From: an uncultured Clostridium sp.
Lineage (GTDB): Bacteria; Bacillota; Clostridia; TANB77; CAG-508
Length of the DNA stretch: 64,000 nucleotides
Assembly (NCBI GenBank): GCA_945949485.1
Contig: CAMFER010000001.1
Span: 2,099 to 66,098, forward strand
Reading direction: 5' to 3'
This document shows positions 50,584 through 61,870 of this stretch, in pieces. Numbering within the stretch: the stretch's first letter is position 1; the number at the start of each line of letters is the position of its first letter. The translations under genes were made by a program, and so were the position numbers. A model generated the notes under the pieces. It was not told the DNA's origin. It made no database searches and saw only the letters and a list, made by a program, of their open reading frames with translations.

Positions 50584-51862
50584 ATGATAAAAAAGTTAAT
50601 ACATATTTTTATTATTTTTATTATTGTTGTTTCTACTTTCTTTTTCTCAACTGCGTATTCTTTTAACATAGATTCTATTGATTCAACAATAATAACTAAT
50701 GAAGATATTGATTCTCTTGTGTATGAAGCTTCAACTAGTCCTTCTCAAGATTTAAATTTAAATTCTAGATCGTGTATAGTATTAGATAGAACTAGTAAAA
50801 AGATTTTATATGAAAAAAATTCTTCTAATAAAGTGAAAATGGCTTCTACTACAAAAATAATGACAGCAATTGTGGTATTAGAAAATTCTACTGACTTATC
50901 TCAAACTGTTACTATATCTAGGGAAGCTGCTTCTACTGGTGGCTCAAGATTAGGTTTGGAAACTAATGATAAAATAACGATTTCTAATCTTTTGTATGGC
51001 TTGCTCCTTTGTTCAGGTAACGATGCAGCTATTGCCTTGTCTGAAGCAATTGCAGGTGATGTTTCATCTTTTGTTGGATTAATGAATAACAAAGCTGAAT
51101 CATTAGGCCTTTCCAATACTCATTTTGAATCTCCTCATGGTTTAGATTCAGATAACCATTATACAACTGCATATGAATTATCATTACTTACTGATTATGC
51201 ATTAAATAACTCTACTTTTTTAAAGATTGTTGGTACTACGAATTATACTGTAAATATAAATGGTTATTCGAAATCTTTAAAAAACACAAATGAATTATTA
51301 GGAGTTTTAAACGGAGTTTATGGAGTAAAAACTGGTTTTACTAATGGTGCTAATCGATGTTTAGTCACTGCTTGTAAGAGAAATGATATGGATGTTATAT
51401 GTGTAGTGCTTCGGTGCAGATACTAAAAAATTCAGAACATCTGATAGTATTAAACTTATAGAATATACCTTCAAAACTTATTCTTATTTTAATTTACAAG
51501 ATTTTATAAATACTGAGATTAAAAAATGGAATGATAATAATTCTAAATATTTTAACGTAAATAAAGGAATTTCTGATGAAATACATATTAATATTCCTAA
51601 ACTAGAAACTCCTATCATTCCAATTATTAAAGAAAATATAGATAATTTGACTATTGAATTTGAAATGGAAAAAAATCTAAATGCTCCTATTTACGAAAAT
51701 TCAACTATTGGTAAAATAACTGTTTTAAATAAAAATAAAGAAGAAATTTTCTCATCTAAAATTATTTCTTCTTCATATATTCCTAAAAAAGATTTTGTAT
51801 ATTATTTTAGTTTTTTCTTTAAATCATACCCTAAGATTTTAGAAAATCTTAGTTTCACATAA
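50584..51862 (+). CDS. Serine-type D-Ala-D-Ala carboxypeptidase (S11, DacB/DacF-like), in two frame pieces
   Basis: SxxK (MASTTKIMT), SGN (CSGNDAA) and KTG (VKTGFT). ...DVICVVL|GADTKKFRTSDSIKLIEY... joins when the C of CGG at 51412-51414 is skipped. Confidence 0.85.
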
Positions 51863-51895
51863 TAAAAGAGATATAGCTAAGCCATATCTCTTTTA

Positions 51896-52138
51896 TTATT
51901 TTACGTTTTCTTTTATGTAGTCAACTACATCTCCTACTGTTACAACTTTTTCTGCATCAGCATCTGGAATTTCTATATCAAATTCTTCTTCTAATGCCAT
52001 TACTAATTCTACTATATCTAGTGAATCTGCCCCTAAATCATCTATAAAAGATGCTTCCATAGTAACTGCTGTATCAGCTACTCCTAGTTGCTCTACAATA
52101 ATTCCTTTTACCTTTTCTAAAACTTCTTCTGAACTCAT
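51896..52138 (-). CDS. acpP: Acyl carrier protein
   Basis: [20 protein letters not shown]...[19 protein letters not shown] (DSLD phosphopantetheine site). The ATG follows GAGGAGGTG. Confidence 0.92.
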   Translation of the reverse strand: MSSEEVLEKVKGIIVEQLGVADTAVTMEASFIDDLGADSLDIVELVMALEEEFDIEIPDADAEKVVTVGDVVDYIKENVK

Positions 52139-52264
52139 TTCTCCGAGTTCACCTCCTCTCAAGTTTACAAATGATGATACATCATTTATATTATATGTTT
52201 ATATTTTTGTCAAGTAAATTATAAAAATATTTTAATTTTATACCGACAAGTCAATTTTATAACC

Positions 52265-53284
52265 TTAATCTTTCTTTGTAAAAGCATCAATCATCTTATC
52301 AACAGCTTTATTCTCCACAAATTTTTCTGCTTGTATTATTGTATATTCGAATAATAAAGCATCACTACTTCCATGTGCTTTTACTACAGGCTTTTTTACC
52401 CCTAAAAATAGCGCTCCACCATAAGATTTATAATCCATAGTTTTTGAAAATCTTTTTATTGCTGGTAATGCTGGAACTGCCAATATTTTTGATAATAAAT
52501 TTTTAGTAAAACTCTCTGTTAATGTTCTTTTTACAAATTTTCCTAGTCCTTCTGTTGTTTTTAAAAATACATTTCCTGTAAATCCGTCTGTGACTATTGC
52601 ATCTATTTTCCCTGAAAAAGCATCTCTACCTTCAACATTTCCAACAAAATTTATATCTAGTTCTTCTGCCTTTTCTTTTAAAAGTTTATAACTTTCTTTT
52701 ACAAGTTCATTTCCCTTTGTTTCTTCTGTTCCAATGTTTAACAATCCTATTGCTGGTCTTTCTATTCCGAAAGTGTTTTTTAAATATATACTAGACATTT
52801 GTGCAAATTGTAATAAATTTATAGGCTTACAATTTGTATTTGAGCCTGCATCTATTAATAATAACTGACTTTTATATGCAGGTAAAATTCCAGCTAGTGC
52901 CGGCCTATCTATTCCTTTTATTCTTCCTACAATTAAAGTAGCTCCTGTTAATAATGCTCCTGAATTTCCAGCAGAGATAAATACATCTCCTTCATCTTCT
53001 TTTAACATTCTAAATCCAACTACCATTGAAGAATCTTTTTTATGTTTAATTGCCATTGTTGGAATATCTTCCATCTCAATTGTTTCTGTTGCATTCCTTA
53101 TTTTTAATCTATCTGATATTTCTTCTAACTCTTTTCCGTAAAATTTCTTTACTTTGCTTCTAATTACTTCTTCTTTACCAACTAATACAACTTCAGCCTT
53201 AACTTTATTTATTGCATTTATTGCCCCTTTTATATTTGCATCTGGCGCATTATCTCCACCCATTGCATCTAATATTATTTTCAT
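52265..53284 (-). CDS. plsX: Phosphate acyltransferase PlsX
   Basis: MKIILDAMGGDNAP..., and typical PlsX length and pattern. Confidence 0.92.
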   Translation of the reverse strand: MKIILDAMGGDNAPDANIKGAINAINKVKAEVVLVGKEEVIRSKVKKFYGKELEEISDRLKIRNATETIEMEDIPTMAIKHKKDSSMVVGFRMLKEDEGDVFISAGNSGALLTGATLIVGRIKGIDRPALAGILPAYKSQLLLIDAGSNTNCKPINLLQFAQMSSIYLKNTFGIERPAIGLLNIGTEETKGNELVKESYKLLKEKAEELDINFVGNVEGRDAFSGKIDAIVTDGFTGNVFLKTTEGLGKFVKRTLTESFTKNLLSKILAVPALPAIKRFSKTMDYKSYGGALFLGVKKPVVKAHGSSDALLFEYTIIQAEKFVENKAVDKMIDAFTKKD

Positions 53285-53517
53285 TTTTGTTCCTCCACTT
53301 TTATTTTATGTCCTTTTATATATTATTTATAACATACATATTTTATTATTCTTTGGATGAAAAAGCAATAGATTTTAGTTAAAAAATATAAATCCTCCTT
53401 ATATATTTTAATTATAGATTGTCTATTTTTCAATATTTTTTAATTTTCATATTATTTTTTCATATTTATTAATACAACAAAAAAGACATCTTAAAGATGT
53501 CTTTTTATTTATTTCAA

Positions 53518-54720
53518 TTAAGCTAATATTTCAGAAACAACTCCTGAACCAACTGTTCTACCACCTTCACGGATAGCAAATCTTAATCCTTTTTCAATAG
53601 CGATAGGTGTAATTAATTCAATTGTCATTGAAACGTTATCTCCTGGCATAACCATTTCTGTTCCAGCAGGTAATTCGATAACACCTGTAACGTCTGTTGT
53701 TCTGAAGTAAAATTGTGGTCTGTATCCATTAAAGAATGGTGTATGTCTTCCACCTTCTTCTTTAGTTAATACATAAACTTCAGAAGTGAATTTTGTATGT
53801 GGATTGATTGTTCCTGGTTTACATAGAACTTGACCTCTTTCGATGTCTTTTCTATCAATACCTCTTAATAGAACACCAATATTATCTCCAGCTTCAGCTT
53901 GATCTAATAATTTTCTGAACATTTCTACACCTGTAATAACAGTTTTTCTTCTTTCTGTTGTAAGACCGATAATTTCAACTTCGTCTTGTAATTTAACTTC
54001 TCCTCTTTCTACTCTACCTGTTGCAACTGTACCACGTCCTGTAATTGTGAATACGTCTTCAACTGGCATTAAGAATGGTTGATCAATTGGTCTTTCTGGT
54101 GTTGGGATGTAACTATCTATTGCATCCATTAATTCTTTCATTGGTTTGTAAACTTCATCATCAGGATTTGTAGAAGTACTTTCTAATACTTGTAATGAAG
54201 ATCCTTTTATGATTGGAATTTCATCTCCTGGGAATCCATATTCAGAAAGTAAGTCTCTAACTTCCATTTCTACTAATTCTAATAATTCTGGGTCATCAAC
54301 CATATCACATTTATTTAAGTAAACAACGATGTATTTAACACCAACTTGTCTAGCTAATAGAATGTGTTCTCTTGTTTGTGGCATAGGACCATCAGCTGCT
54401 GAAACAACTAATACTGCACCATCCATTTGAGCAGCACCAGTAATCATGTTTTTAACATAGTCAGCATGTCCTGGACAGTCAACGTGAGCATAGTGTCTTG
54501 CATCAGTTTCATATTCAACGTGAGCTGTATTAATTGTAATTCCTCTTGCTTTTTCTTCTGGAGCACCATCGATTTGATCATATGCTTCATATTTAGCTTT
54601 TCCTAATAATGATAAATATTTAGTAATAGCTGCTGTTGTTGTTGTTTTTCCGTGGTCTACGTGACCGATTGTACCAATGTTAACATGTGGTTTTGTTCTT
54701 TCGAATTTTGCTTTTGCCAT
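53518..54720 (-). CDS. tuf: Elongation factor Tu
   Basis: [27 protein letters not shown]...DCPGHADY...NKCD. Confidence 0.98.
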   Translation of the reverse strand: MAKAKFERTKPHVNIGTIGHVDHGKTTTTAAITKYLSLLGKAKYEAYDQIDGAPEEKARGITINTAHVEYETDARHYAHVDCPGHADYVKNMITGAAQMDGAVLVVSAADGPMPQTREHILLARQVGVKYIVVYLNKCDMVDDPELLELVEMEVRDLLSEYGFPGDEIPIIKGSSLQVLESTSTNPDDEVYKPMKELMDAIDSYIPTPERPIDQPFLMPVEDVFTITGRGTVATGRVERGEVKLQDEVEIIGLTTERRKTVITGVEMFRKLLDQAEAGDNIGVLLRGIDRKDIERGQVLCKPGTINPHTKFTSEVYVLTKEEGGRHTPFFNGYRPQFYFRTTDVTGVIELPAGTEMVMPGDNVSMTIELITPIAIEKGLRFAIREGGRTVGSGVVSEILA

Positions 54721-54895
54721 TTTAAAATCCTCCCTTTTTTTTAGTTGGCTCTATAAAGCTATATACTTTATTGCCACTTTATTTTTTAATTTTAATAACA
54801 TAATTTATGCATAAGCATTTTATAACATTTTAGCTAAAAAAGCAAGCTTTTTTAACTAAAACGTATATTTTATTAATATCTTTTCTATATTAATC

Positions 54896-56977
54896 TTAAT
54901 CTTTTTTTGCTCTTGAAGCAATAATTGTTTCAAGAACTGATTTTGGAACTTCTTCATAATGAGATGGTTCCATAGAGTATGTTCCTCTACCTTGTGTTCT
55001 AGAACGTAATTCTGTTGCATAACCAAACATTTCTGAAAGTGGAATAAACGCATGTATTTCTTGCATTCCATCATTTCCTTCCATTCCTTCCATTCTACCA
55101 CGTCTAGAGTTTACATCTCCTATTACATCTCCCATATATTCTTCTGGAACTGTAATTTCAACTTTCATTATTGGCTCTAATATTACAGATTTAGCTTGTT
55201 TACATCCTTCTTTGAAAGCCATAGAAGCTGCAATTTTGAATGCCATTTCTGAAGAGTCAACTTCATGGTAAGATCCATCAACTAAAGTTGCTTTGAAATC
55301 TATAACAGGATATCCTGCTAAAATTCCACTTTCAGCTGCTTCTCTCATACCTTGTTCAATTGGTTTAATATATTCTTTAGGAACAGCTCCTCCGACAATT
55401 TTACTTTCGAATTCGATTCCTTTTCCTGGCTCTAATGGTTCCATTTCAAACCAAACATCACCATATTGTCCTTTACCACCAGATTGACGAATAAATTTAC
55501 CTTGAACTTTTACTTTATTTCTAATTGTTTCTTTGTAAGCAACTTGTGGTTTACCTACATTACATTCAACCTTGAATTCTCTCTTTAATCTATCAACGAT
55601 GATGTCTAAGTGCAACTCACCCATACCAGCGATAATAGTTTGTCCTGTTTCATGGTTTGTATATGTTTTGAATGTTGGATCTTCTTCAGCAAGTTTTGAT
55701 AATGCTATTGCCATTTTTTCTTGTGCTACTTTATCTTTTGGTTCTATAGCTATATCAATAACTGGTTCTGGGAATTCCATTGATTCTAATATAACTGGTG
55801 CATTTACATCACATAATGTATCACCTGTAGTTACATCTTTTAAACCAACTGCAGCTGCAATATCACCAGAATATACTTTATCAATATCTTCTCTATGATT
55901 TGAGTGCATTTGTAGAATTCTTCCTATTCTTTCTTTTTTATCTTTGTTTGAATTTAATACTGTAGATCCAGATTCTAATGTACCTGAATATACTCTAAAG
56001 AAACATAATTTTCCAACAAATGGGTCTGTTGCAATTTTAAATGCTAATGCAGCAAAAGGTTCTGAATCAGATGTTTTTCTTTCTACTTCATTTCCTTCTA
56101 AGTCAACACCTTTGATATGTGGTATATCTAATGGTGATGGCATAAAGTCAACTATAGCATTTAATAATTCTTGAACACCTTTGTTTTTATATGAAGAACC
56201 ACAACATACTGGAACTATTGTGTTTGCAATTGTTCCTGCACGTAAACCTTTTTTGATTTCTTCTGATGTTAATTCTCCTCCATCAAGATATTTCATCATT
56301 AATTCTTCATCTTGTTCTGCTACTGCTTCTATCATTTTTTCACGATATTCTTGTGCTAAATCTTTCATATCTTCTGGAATATCTGTTTCTTCGATTTCTT
56401 TTCCTAAATCATCTTTATGAATAAAAGCTCTCATTTTTATTAAGTCTACTATTCCTTTGAATTGGTCTTCTGCACCAATTGGTAATTGGATTGGAACAGC
56501 ATTTGCTTTTAATCTATTTTTTAATTGATCCACACAAAGCATAAAGTTAGCTCCTGTGATATCCATTTTATTTACATATACCATTCTAGGTACATTGTAT
56601 TTATCAGCTTGTCTCCAAACTGTTTCTGTTTGTGGTTGAACCCCACCTTTTGCGGCTAAAACTGTTACAGAACCATCTAATACTCTAAGAGATCTTTGAA
56701 CTTCTACTGTAAAGTCAACGTGTCCTGGAGTATCTATAATATTGATTCTGTTATTATTCCAAAAACATGTTGTAGCAGCAGATGTTATTGTTATCCCTCT
56801 TTCTTGTTCTTGTTCCATCCAGTCCATTGTTGCTGCGCCTTCATGAACTTCTCCTATTTTATGTGTTTTTCCTGTATAAAATAGGATTCTTTCTGTTGTT
56901 GTTGTTTTTCCGGCATCAATATGAGCCATGATACCTATGTTTCTTGTTCTTTCTAATGGATATGCTCTTCCTGCCAT
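54896..56977 (-). CDS. fusA: Elongation factor G
   Basis: [20 protein letters not shown]...DTPGHVDF...NKMD. 693 aa. Confidence 0.98.
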   Translation of the reverse strand: MAGRAYPLERTRNIGIMAHIDAGKTTTTERILFYTGKTHKIGEVHEGAATMDWMEQEQERGITITSAATTCFWNNNRINIIDTPGHVDFTVEVQRSLRVLDGSVTVLAAKGGVQPQTETVWRQADKYNVPRMVYVNKMDITGANFMLCVDQLKNRLKANAVPIQLPIGAEDQFKGIVDLIKMRAFIHKDDLGKEIEETDIPEDMKDLAQEYREKMIEAVAEQDEELMMKYLDGGELTSEEIKKGLRAGTIANTIVPVCCGSSYKNKGVQELLNAIVDFMPSPLDIPHIKGVDLEGNEVERKTSDSEPFAALAFKIATDPFVGKLCFFRVYSGTLESGSTVLNSNKDKKERIGRILQMHSNHREDIDKVYSGDIAAAVGLKDVTTGDTLCDVNAPVILESMEFPEPVIDIAIEPKDKVAQEKMAIALSKLAEEDPTFKTYTNHETGQTIIAGMGELHLDIIVDRLKREFKVECNVGKPQVAYKETIRNKVKVQGKFIRQSGGKGQYGDVWFEMEPLEPGKGIEFESKIVGGAVPKEYIKPIEQGMREAAESGILAGYPVIDFKATLVDGSYHEVDSSEMAFKIAASMAFKEGCKQAKSVILEPIMKVEITVPEEYMGDVIGDVNSRRGRMEGMEGNDGMQEIHAFIPLSEMFGYATELRSRTQGRGTYSMEPSHYEEVPKSVLETIIASRAKKD

Positions 56978-57007
56978 AACTTAAGTTTCCCCCTTCCTAG
57001 TTTTATT

Positions 57008-57499
<492 letters not shown>

Positions 57500-57651
57500 T
57501 TAATAATGTGAATACTTATAAAAGCATTCTTCGGTACTCTCAAAAAGTTTTTCTTTTTGCGTATAGCGCTATATAAATCTATTCTAAATTTAAGTACCTT
57601 AAGTTTAGTAAGAATTACAAGCACTAATGTTCTTGTTTTACTAAAAAACTT

Positions 57652-58065
57652 CTATTTCTTTGGTTTTTTAGCTCCATATTTAGAACGCGCTTGCATTCTA
57701 TCTTTAACACCAGCTGTATCTAATGTTCCTCTGATGATATGGTATCTAACACCTGGAAGGTCTTTTACCCTACCACCTCTAATTAATACAACACTGTGTT
57801 CTTGTAAGTTATGTCCTATACCTGGGATATAAGATGTAACTTCATAACCGTTTGAAAGTCTAACTCTGGCAACTTTTCTTAAAGCAGAGTTTGGTTTTTT
57901 AGGTGTAACTGTTTTTACAACTGTACATACTCCTCTTTTTTGTGGAGCTCTATTGTTTGTTAATTTTTTGTTTTTTGAGTTCCATCCATGTTGTAAAGCT
58001 GGAGCTGTTGATTTTGTTACTCCTGATTTTCTTCCTTTTCTTACTAATTGATTAATTGTTGGCAC
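57652..58065 (-). CDS. rpsL: 30S ribosomal protein S12
   Basis: [12 protein letters not shown]...[10 protein letters not shown]... Confidence 0.97.
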   Translation of the reverse strand: MPTINQLVRKGRKSGVTKSTAPALQHGWNSKNKKLTNNRAPQKRGVCTVVKTVTPKKPNSALRKVARVRLSNGYEVTSYIPGIGHNLQEHSVVLIRGGRVKDLPGVRYHIIRGTLDTAGVKDRMQARSKYGAKKPKK

Positions 58066-58171
58066 TTAAATTTCACCTCCTATAAAATAAATATTTTGTT
58101 ACGGATCAGCACAATTCACGCACTTTACTATAACGCATCATATTTTATCATGTTTACCAAAATAAGTCAAG

Positions 58172-58197
58172 AAAAAACTTGGAATTTCTTCCAAGTT
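58172..58197 (-). terminator. Rho-independent terminator after the coiled-coil gene, upstream of rpsL
   Basis: AACTTGGAA-TTTC-TTCCAAGTT with a T6 run on the minus strand. Confidence 0.7.
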
Positions 58198-58221
58198 TCA
58201 AGTATTTTATATCTCTTTTTA

Positions 58222-59334
58222 TTATTCATCCCCTATTTCGTGATCATTGCTTTCTTTTTCTTTAGAAAATTTTTCTTTTTCGCTTCTAATTGCAGATTCT
58301 TTTGCTTTTTCCAATTTCTCTTTTCTTACTTCTTTAATTCCTTTTTCTGCAATTTCTTTGATTCTTTTCTTAAAATCATCCTCTAACTTTATAGGTTCAA
58401 CCTTCTCTTCAGGTTTTTCTAATTCTTCTGTTTCTTCCGTTTCTTCTATTTCTTCTTTTCTATTTCCAAATTTTTCAGATAAATAATTATATGCTTTTTG
58501 TATTCTAGGATGCTTTCTAACAAATTCATATATCTTAGGATGTTTTTTGAAGAATTCTGGTATTTCAGTTATTTCGCCATTTTCTTTGTTCTCTTGTATT
58601 TTTTTATCGGTTCCATTAACTAAATTTTTTACGCCCAAATCTATTTCTGCTTTTTCTCTTATTTTTTCTTTAGATGTATATTTCTTGTCTTTCCATTGAT
58701 CAAGTTTTAATTCGATATTGTCCCAAGACATCCCTTTCATTAAATTACCGGCAATCATATTACATTTAGATACTTTAGTTGATAAATCAAATATTCTTTT
58801 ATTTAACTCTTCTGTTTCAATACCAGAAAATTTGTTATTTCTTCTTGTATTTTTTTCTTCTGGTAAATTAGTTAGTTTTTCTTGATTTTTAATATATTTA
58901 GAATTATTTTCAGCTATTTTCTCATTTATTTCTTCTATTTCTTTATTATTTTTTTCTTTCTCCTCTGGAGAAAGACCTTTAGAACCTTTTAAAAGCATAT
59001 CTTTTTTTAAATCTAATATTGCTAATTCTTTATTTATTTCTTCTCCTTCTTTAGTTATTTCATCTAGCTGTTTAGTTCTATTAGCTGTTTCTTCTCTTAA
59101 TTTTATTTCTTCTTTTATCTCATTAATTTGCTTTTCTATTTCATATTTATATTCAATTATATTACTTACTTTTTCTATATTAGCACTTACTTTTTTTATT
59201 TGTTTTAACTCGTCATATTCTGCTTTTGTAGCAGTTTTATTCGATAATTTTTCTTCGATTTCTTTAATTCTTTTTTCTTTAGTTCCATTTTTATATAGCA
59301 TATATTCTTCTTCCCATTTTCTTAATTTTCTCAT
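58222..59334 (-). CDS. Hypothetical 370-aa K/E-rich coiled-coil protein
   Basis: Long ORF with RBS and terminator. No recognised domain. Confidence 0.55.
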   Translation of the reverse strand: MRKLRKWEEEYMLYKNGTKEKRIKEIEEKLSNKTATKAEYDELKQIKKVSANIEKVSNIIEYKYEIEKQINEIKEEIKLREETANRTKQLDEITKEGEEINKELAILDLKKDMLLKGSKGLSPEEKEKNNKEIEEINEKIAENNSKYIKNQEKLTNLPEEKNTRRNNKFSGIETEELNKRIFDLSTKVSKCNMIAGNLMKGMSWDNIELKLDQWKDKKYTSKEKIREKAEIDLGVKNLVNGTDKKIQENKENGEITEIPEFFKKHPKIYEFVRKHPRIQKAYNYLSEKFGNRKEEIEETEETEELEKPEEKVEPIKLEDDFKKRIKEIAEKGIKEVRKEKLEKAKESAIRSEKEKFSKEKESNDHEIGDE

Positions 59335-59564
59335 TTAAATACCTCCTATGTATTTATATAAACATCATCTTATATATTATACCATTTTTTTACTTATAAA
59401 TCAACTTTTTTACAAATTTAGACTCTTTTTAACAAAAATGTAATGTTTGTAATTTTTTTTACAATCAATTATTTTATTGACATGCTTTATCAATAGGTTT
59501 ATAATATTTTCACTAATAGCATAACTTATTACAGCTAACTAGCTAATAGGAAGGGGATATTAGT

Positions 59565-59909
59565 ATGCTTCAAAAGGATAAAGCTATAAAACGGGCAAAT
59601 ATTCTAAAATCACATTTTTTTAATTTTTTGATAATACTTTCTTTTCTAGGTATTTCAATGTTAATTTTATTTGGTTTTTCAACTTGTCTTTCTATAGTTT
59701 TCCTTGGTACATTTTTATATTCATTTACTGGCTTTTTACTATCATACTCAATGTCTTTTACCATTTTGTATATGTTGCATTCTATTGCAGCAACCTTAAT
59801 GTGTGTGAACATTGTATTGATCAATGCTAATTTTATCACTATTGGCAATGTAATATTGACTGTTTTTGAATTATTTATAATGTACTATGGACTAAAAAAA
59901 GGAATCTAA
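59565..59909 (+). CDS. Hypothetical small membrane protein (3-4 TM)
   Basis: The ATG follows GGAAGGGG and the body is hydrophobic. It contains an ordinary in-frame CGG (59592-59594). Confidence 0.45.
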   Translation: MLQKDKAIKRANILKSHFFNFLIILSFLGISMLILFGFSTCLSIVFLGTFLYSFTGFLLSYSMSFTILYMLHSIAATLMCVNIVLINANFITIGNVILTVFELFIMYYGLKKGI

Positions 59910-61270
59910 ATTAGATTCCTTTTTATTATTTCTAAACTTCTTTCCGCTATTTTCCTATATCTTTCTTTTTTATCTTTTATTTTCTTTCCTTCTAATTGTG
60001 GTAAAATCCCAAAATTTGCATTCATTGGCTGAAATTTAGAATTTTCAGTAGATATATATTTAACTAATGCTCCAATAACATTTTCTTCACTAAAAATAAT
60101 CTTTTTGTTATTTCCTCTATATTTCTCTACTGCATTTAAAGCTGCTACTAATCCTGATGAAATTGATTCAACATATCCTTCAACACCTGTAATTTGTCCT
60201 GCGAAGTAAATATTTTCTTTTTTTCTAAAGCAGTATGTTTCATCCAATAATTTAGTTGAATTTATATATGTATTTCTATGCATTACTCCATATTTTATGA
60301 ATTCTGCATTCTCCAATCCAGGTATTAAAGAGAATACTCTTTTTTGTTCTCCAAACTTTAGATTAGTTTGAAATCCAACCAAGTTGTACATAGTTGCATT
60401 TGTATCATCTTGTCTTAGTTGAACAATGGCATATGGTCTTTTAGCTGTTCTAGGATCATCAAACCCAACCGGCTTCAGTGGTCCAAATCTCAATGTATCA
60501 ATACCTCTTTTAGCCATTATTTCAATAGGCATACACCCTTCAAATATTTCTCTTTTTTCAAAATCATGTAAAGTTACAACTTCCGCTTCCACAAGTTCTT
60601 TTACAAAATCCTCATATTCTTTCTTATTCATAGGAAGATTTATATAACTATGTTCCTGATTATCCAATCTTTTAATCCATTCCTCTACTGTTTCCTCTTT
60701 CTTTTTTTCTGCTTCATATCTGTTTCCATAAAAAGCAATTTCGAAATTTATACTATCTTTTGAAACAATAGGTGCTGCTGCATCATAAAAATATAATTTA
60801 TCCTCTCCGGTTATTTTTGATATCTCCTTAGTCAAACTTTCAGAAGTAAGTGGCCCTGTAGCTATAATAACAATACCATTTCGAGCTATTTCTTCTATGT
60901 CAGTTACTTCCTCATGTATAATTTCAATCAAATCATTTTTTTCAATTTCTTCTGTTACCAATCTTGAAAATTCTTCCCTATCTACAGCCAAAGCTTGACC
61001 TGCTGGTACTTTGGTTTTATCAGCAACTTTTATTAATAACGAATCTAATAACCTCAATTCTTCCTTTAAAAGTCCACAAGCATTTGTTAAAAGATTTGAT
61101 TTAAATGAATTACTACATACAATTTCAGCTAAATCCTTATTAGTATGTGCAGCTGAATATTTTATTGGTTTCATCTCATAAAGTTTTACTTTTATTCCTC
61201 TTTTGGCTATTTGATATGCCGCTTCTGTTCCAGCTAATCCTCCACCTATTACACTAATATAATCTTTCAT
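59906..61270 (-). CDS. trmFO: Folate-dependent tRNA (uracil54-C5)-methyltransferase TrmFO
   Basis: VIGGGLAGTEAAYQIAKRG, CSNSFKS, and FAGQITGVEGYVES. Confidence 0.92.
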   Translation of the reverse strand: MKDYISVIGGGLAGTEAAYQIAKRGIKVKLYEMKPIKYSAAHTNKDLAEIVCSNSFKSNLLTNACGLLKEELRLLDSLLIKVADKTKVPAGQALAVDREEFSRLVTEEIEKNDLIEIIHEEVTDIEEIARNGIVIIATGPLTSESLTKEISKITGEDKLYFYDAAAPIVSKDSINFEIAFYGNRYEAEKKKEETVEEWIKRLDNQEHSYINLPMNKKEYEDFVKELVEAEVVTLHDFEKREIFEGCMPIEIMAKRGIDTLRFGPLKPVGFDDPRTAKRPYAIVQLRQDDTNATMYNLVGFQTNLKFGEQKRVFSLIPGLENAEFIKYGVMHRNTYINSTKLLDETYCFRKKENIYFAGQITGVEGYVESISSGLVAALNAVEKYRGNNKKIIFSEENVIGALVKYISTENSKFQPMNANFGILPQLEGKKIKDKKERYRKIAERSLEIIKRNLI

Positions 61271-61282
61271 TTTTATTTCTTC

Positions 61283-61861
61283 CTATCTTTCAAATTCCTC
61301 TTCTTCTTTTCTATATTCTTCCCAAGATAAATCTTTTTGATTATGTTGTTTCATTTTTTCTATTTCACTATCCATTTCTTTTCTTTTTTCAATTAACTTT
61401 TCTACTTTTTTTTGCTCTTCTATGTATTTTTTTCTAATCTCTGGATAATGGAAAATTCCTTCTTGTTCTATTTCTGAATATATATGATTAATTCTATTCA
61501 ATAATATATTTTGTCTTTTATAATCTGTAAATTTTGTTTCTTCTAACAATTTTTCATTTCTTAATAAAGCTTTTCTTAAACCTTCTTCTCTTTTTTTATC
61601 TTCATTTCTTCTTATTTTAGCTTTTATGTTTTTGTATTCTATTATATATCTTCCCATTTTTTCTTTATCATAGTCAAAAGACTCTGTTTTTAATTCATCT
61701 AATATATGAATAATTCTTATTAATAGTTTCTTTCTTTCGCTCAAATCCTTAGTATCTTTCAATTTCTCTTCATATTGTTCTAAATGTTTATTCAGTCCTT
61801 TTTCTCTTTTTGTATCCCCATCTTTGTCTATATTTTCAGCCCAATTATTTCTTTTTTTCAT
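61283..61861 (-). CDS. Hypothetical 192-aa K/E-rich protein
   Basis: ORF tightly packed between the Snf2 gene and trmFO. Confidence 0.5.
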   Translation of the reverse strand: MKKRNNWAENIDKDGDTKREKGLNKHLEQYEEKLKDTKDLSERKKLLIRIIHILDELKTESFDYDKEKMGRYIIEYKNIKAKIRRNEDKKREEGLRKALLRNEKLLEETKFTDYKRQNILLNRINHIYSEIEQEGIFHYPEIRKKYIEEQKKVEKLIEKRKEMDSEIEKMKQHNQKDLSWEEYRKEEEEFER

Positions 61862-61870
61862 ATCTTTCTC

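Noticed and set aside
54856-55101. An 81-aa minus-strand ORF overlapping the 3' end of fusA.
   Set aside because: It is an out-of-frame overlap with a highly conserved gene, with no RBS and an odd composition.
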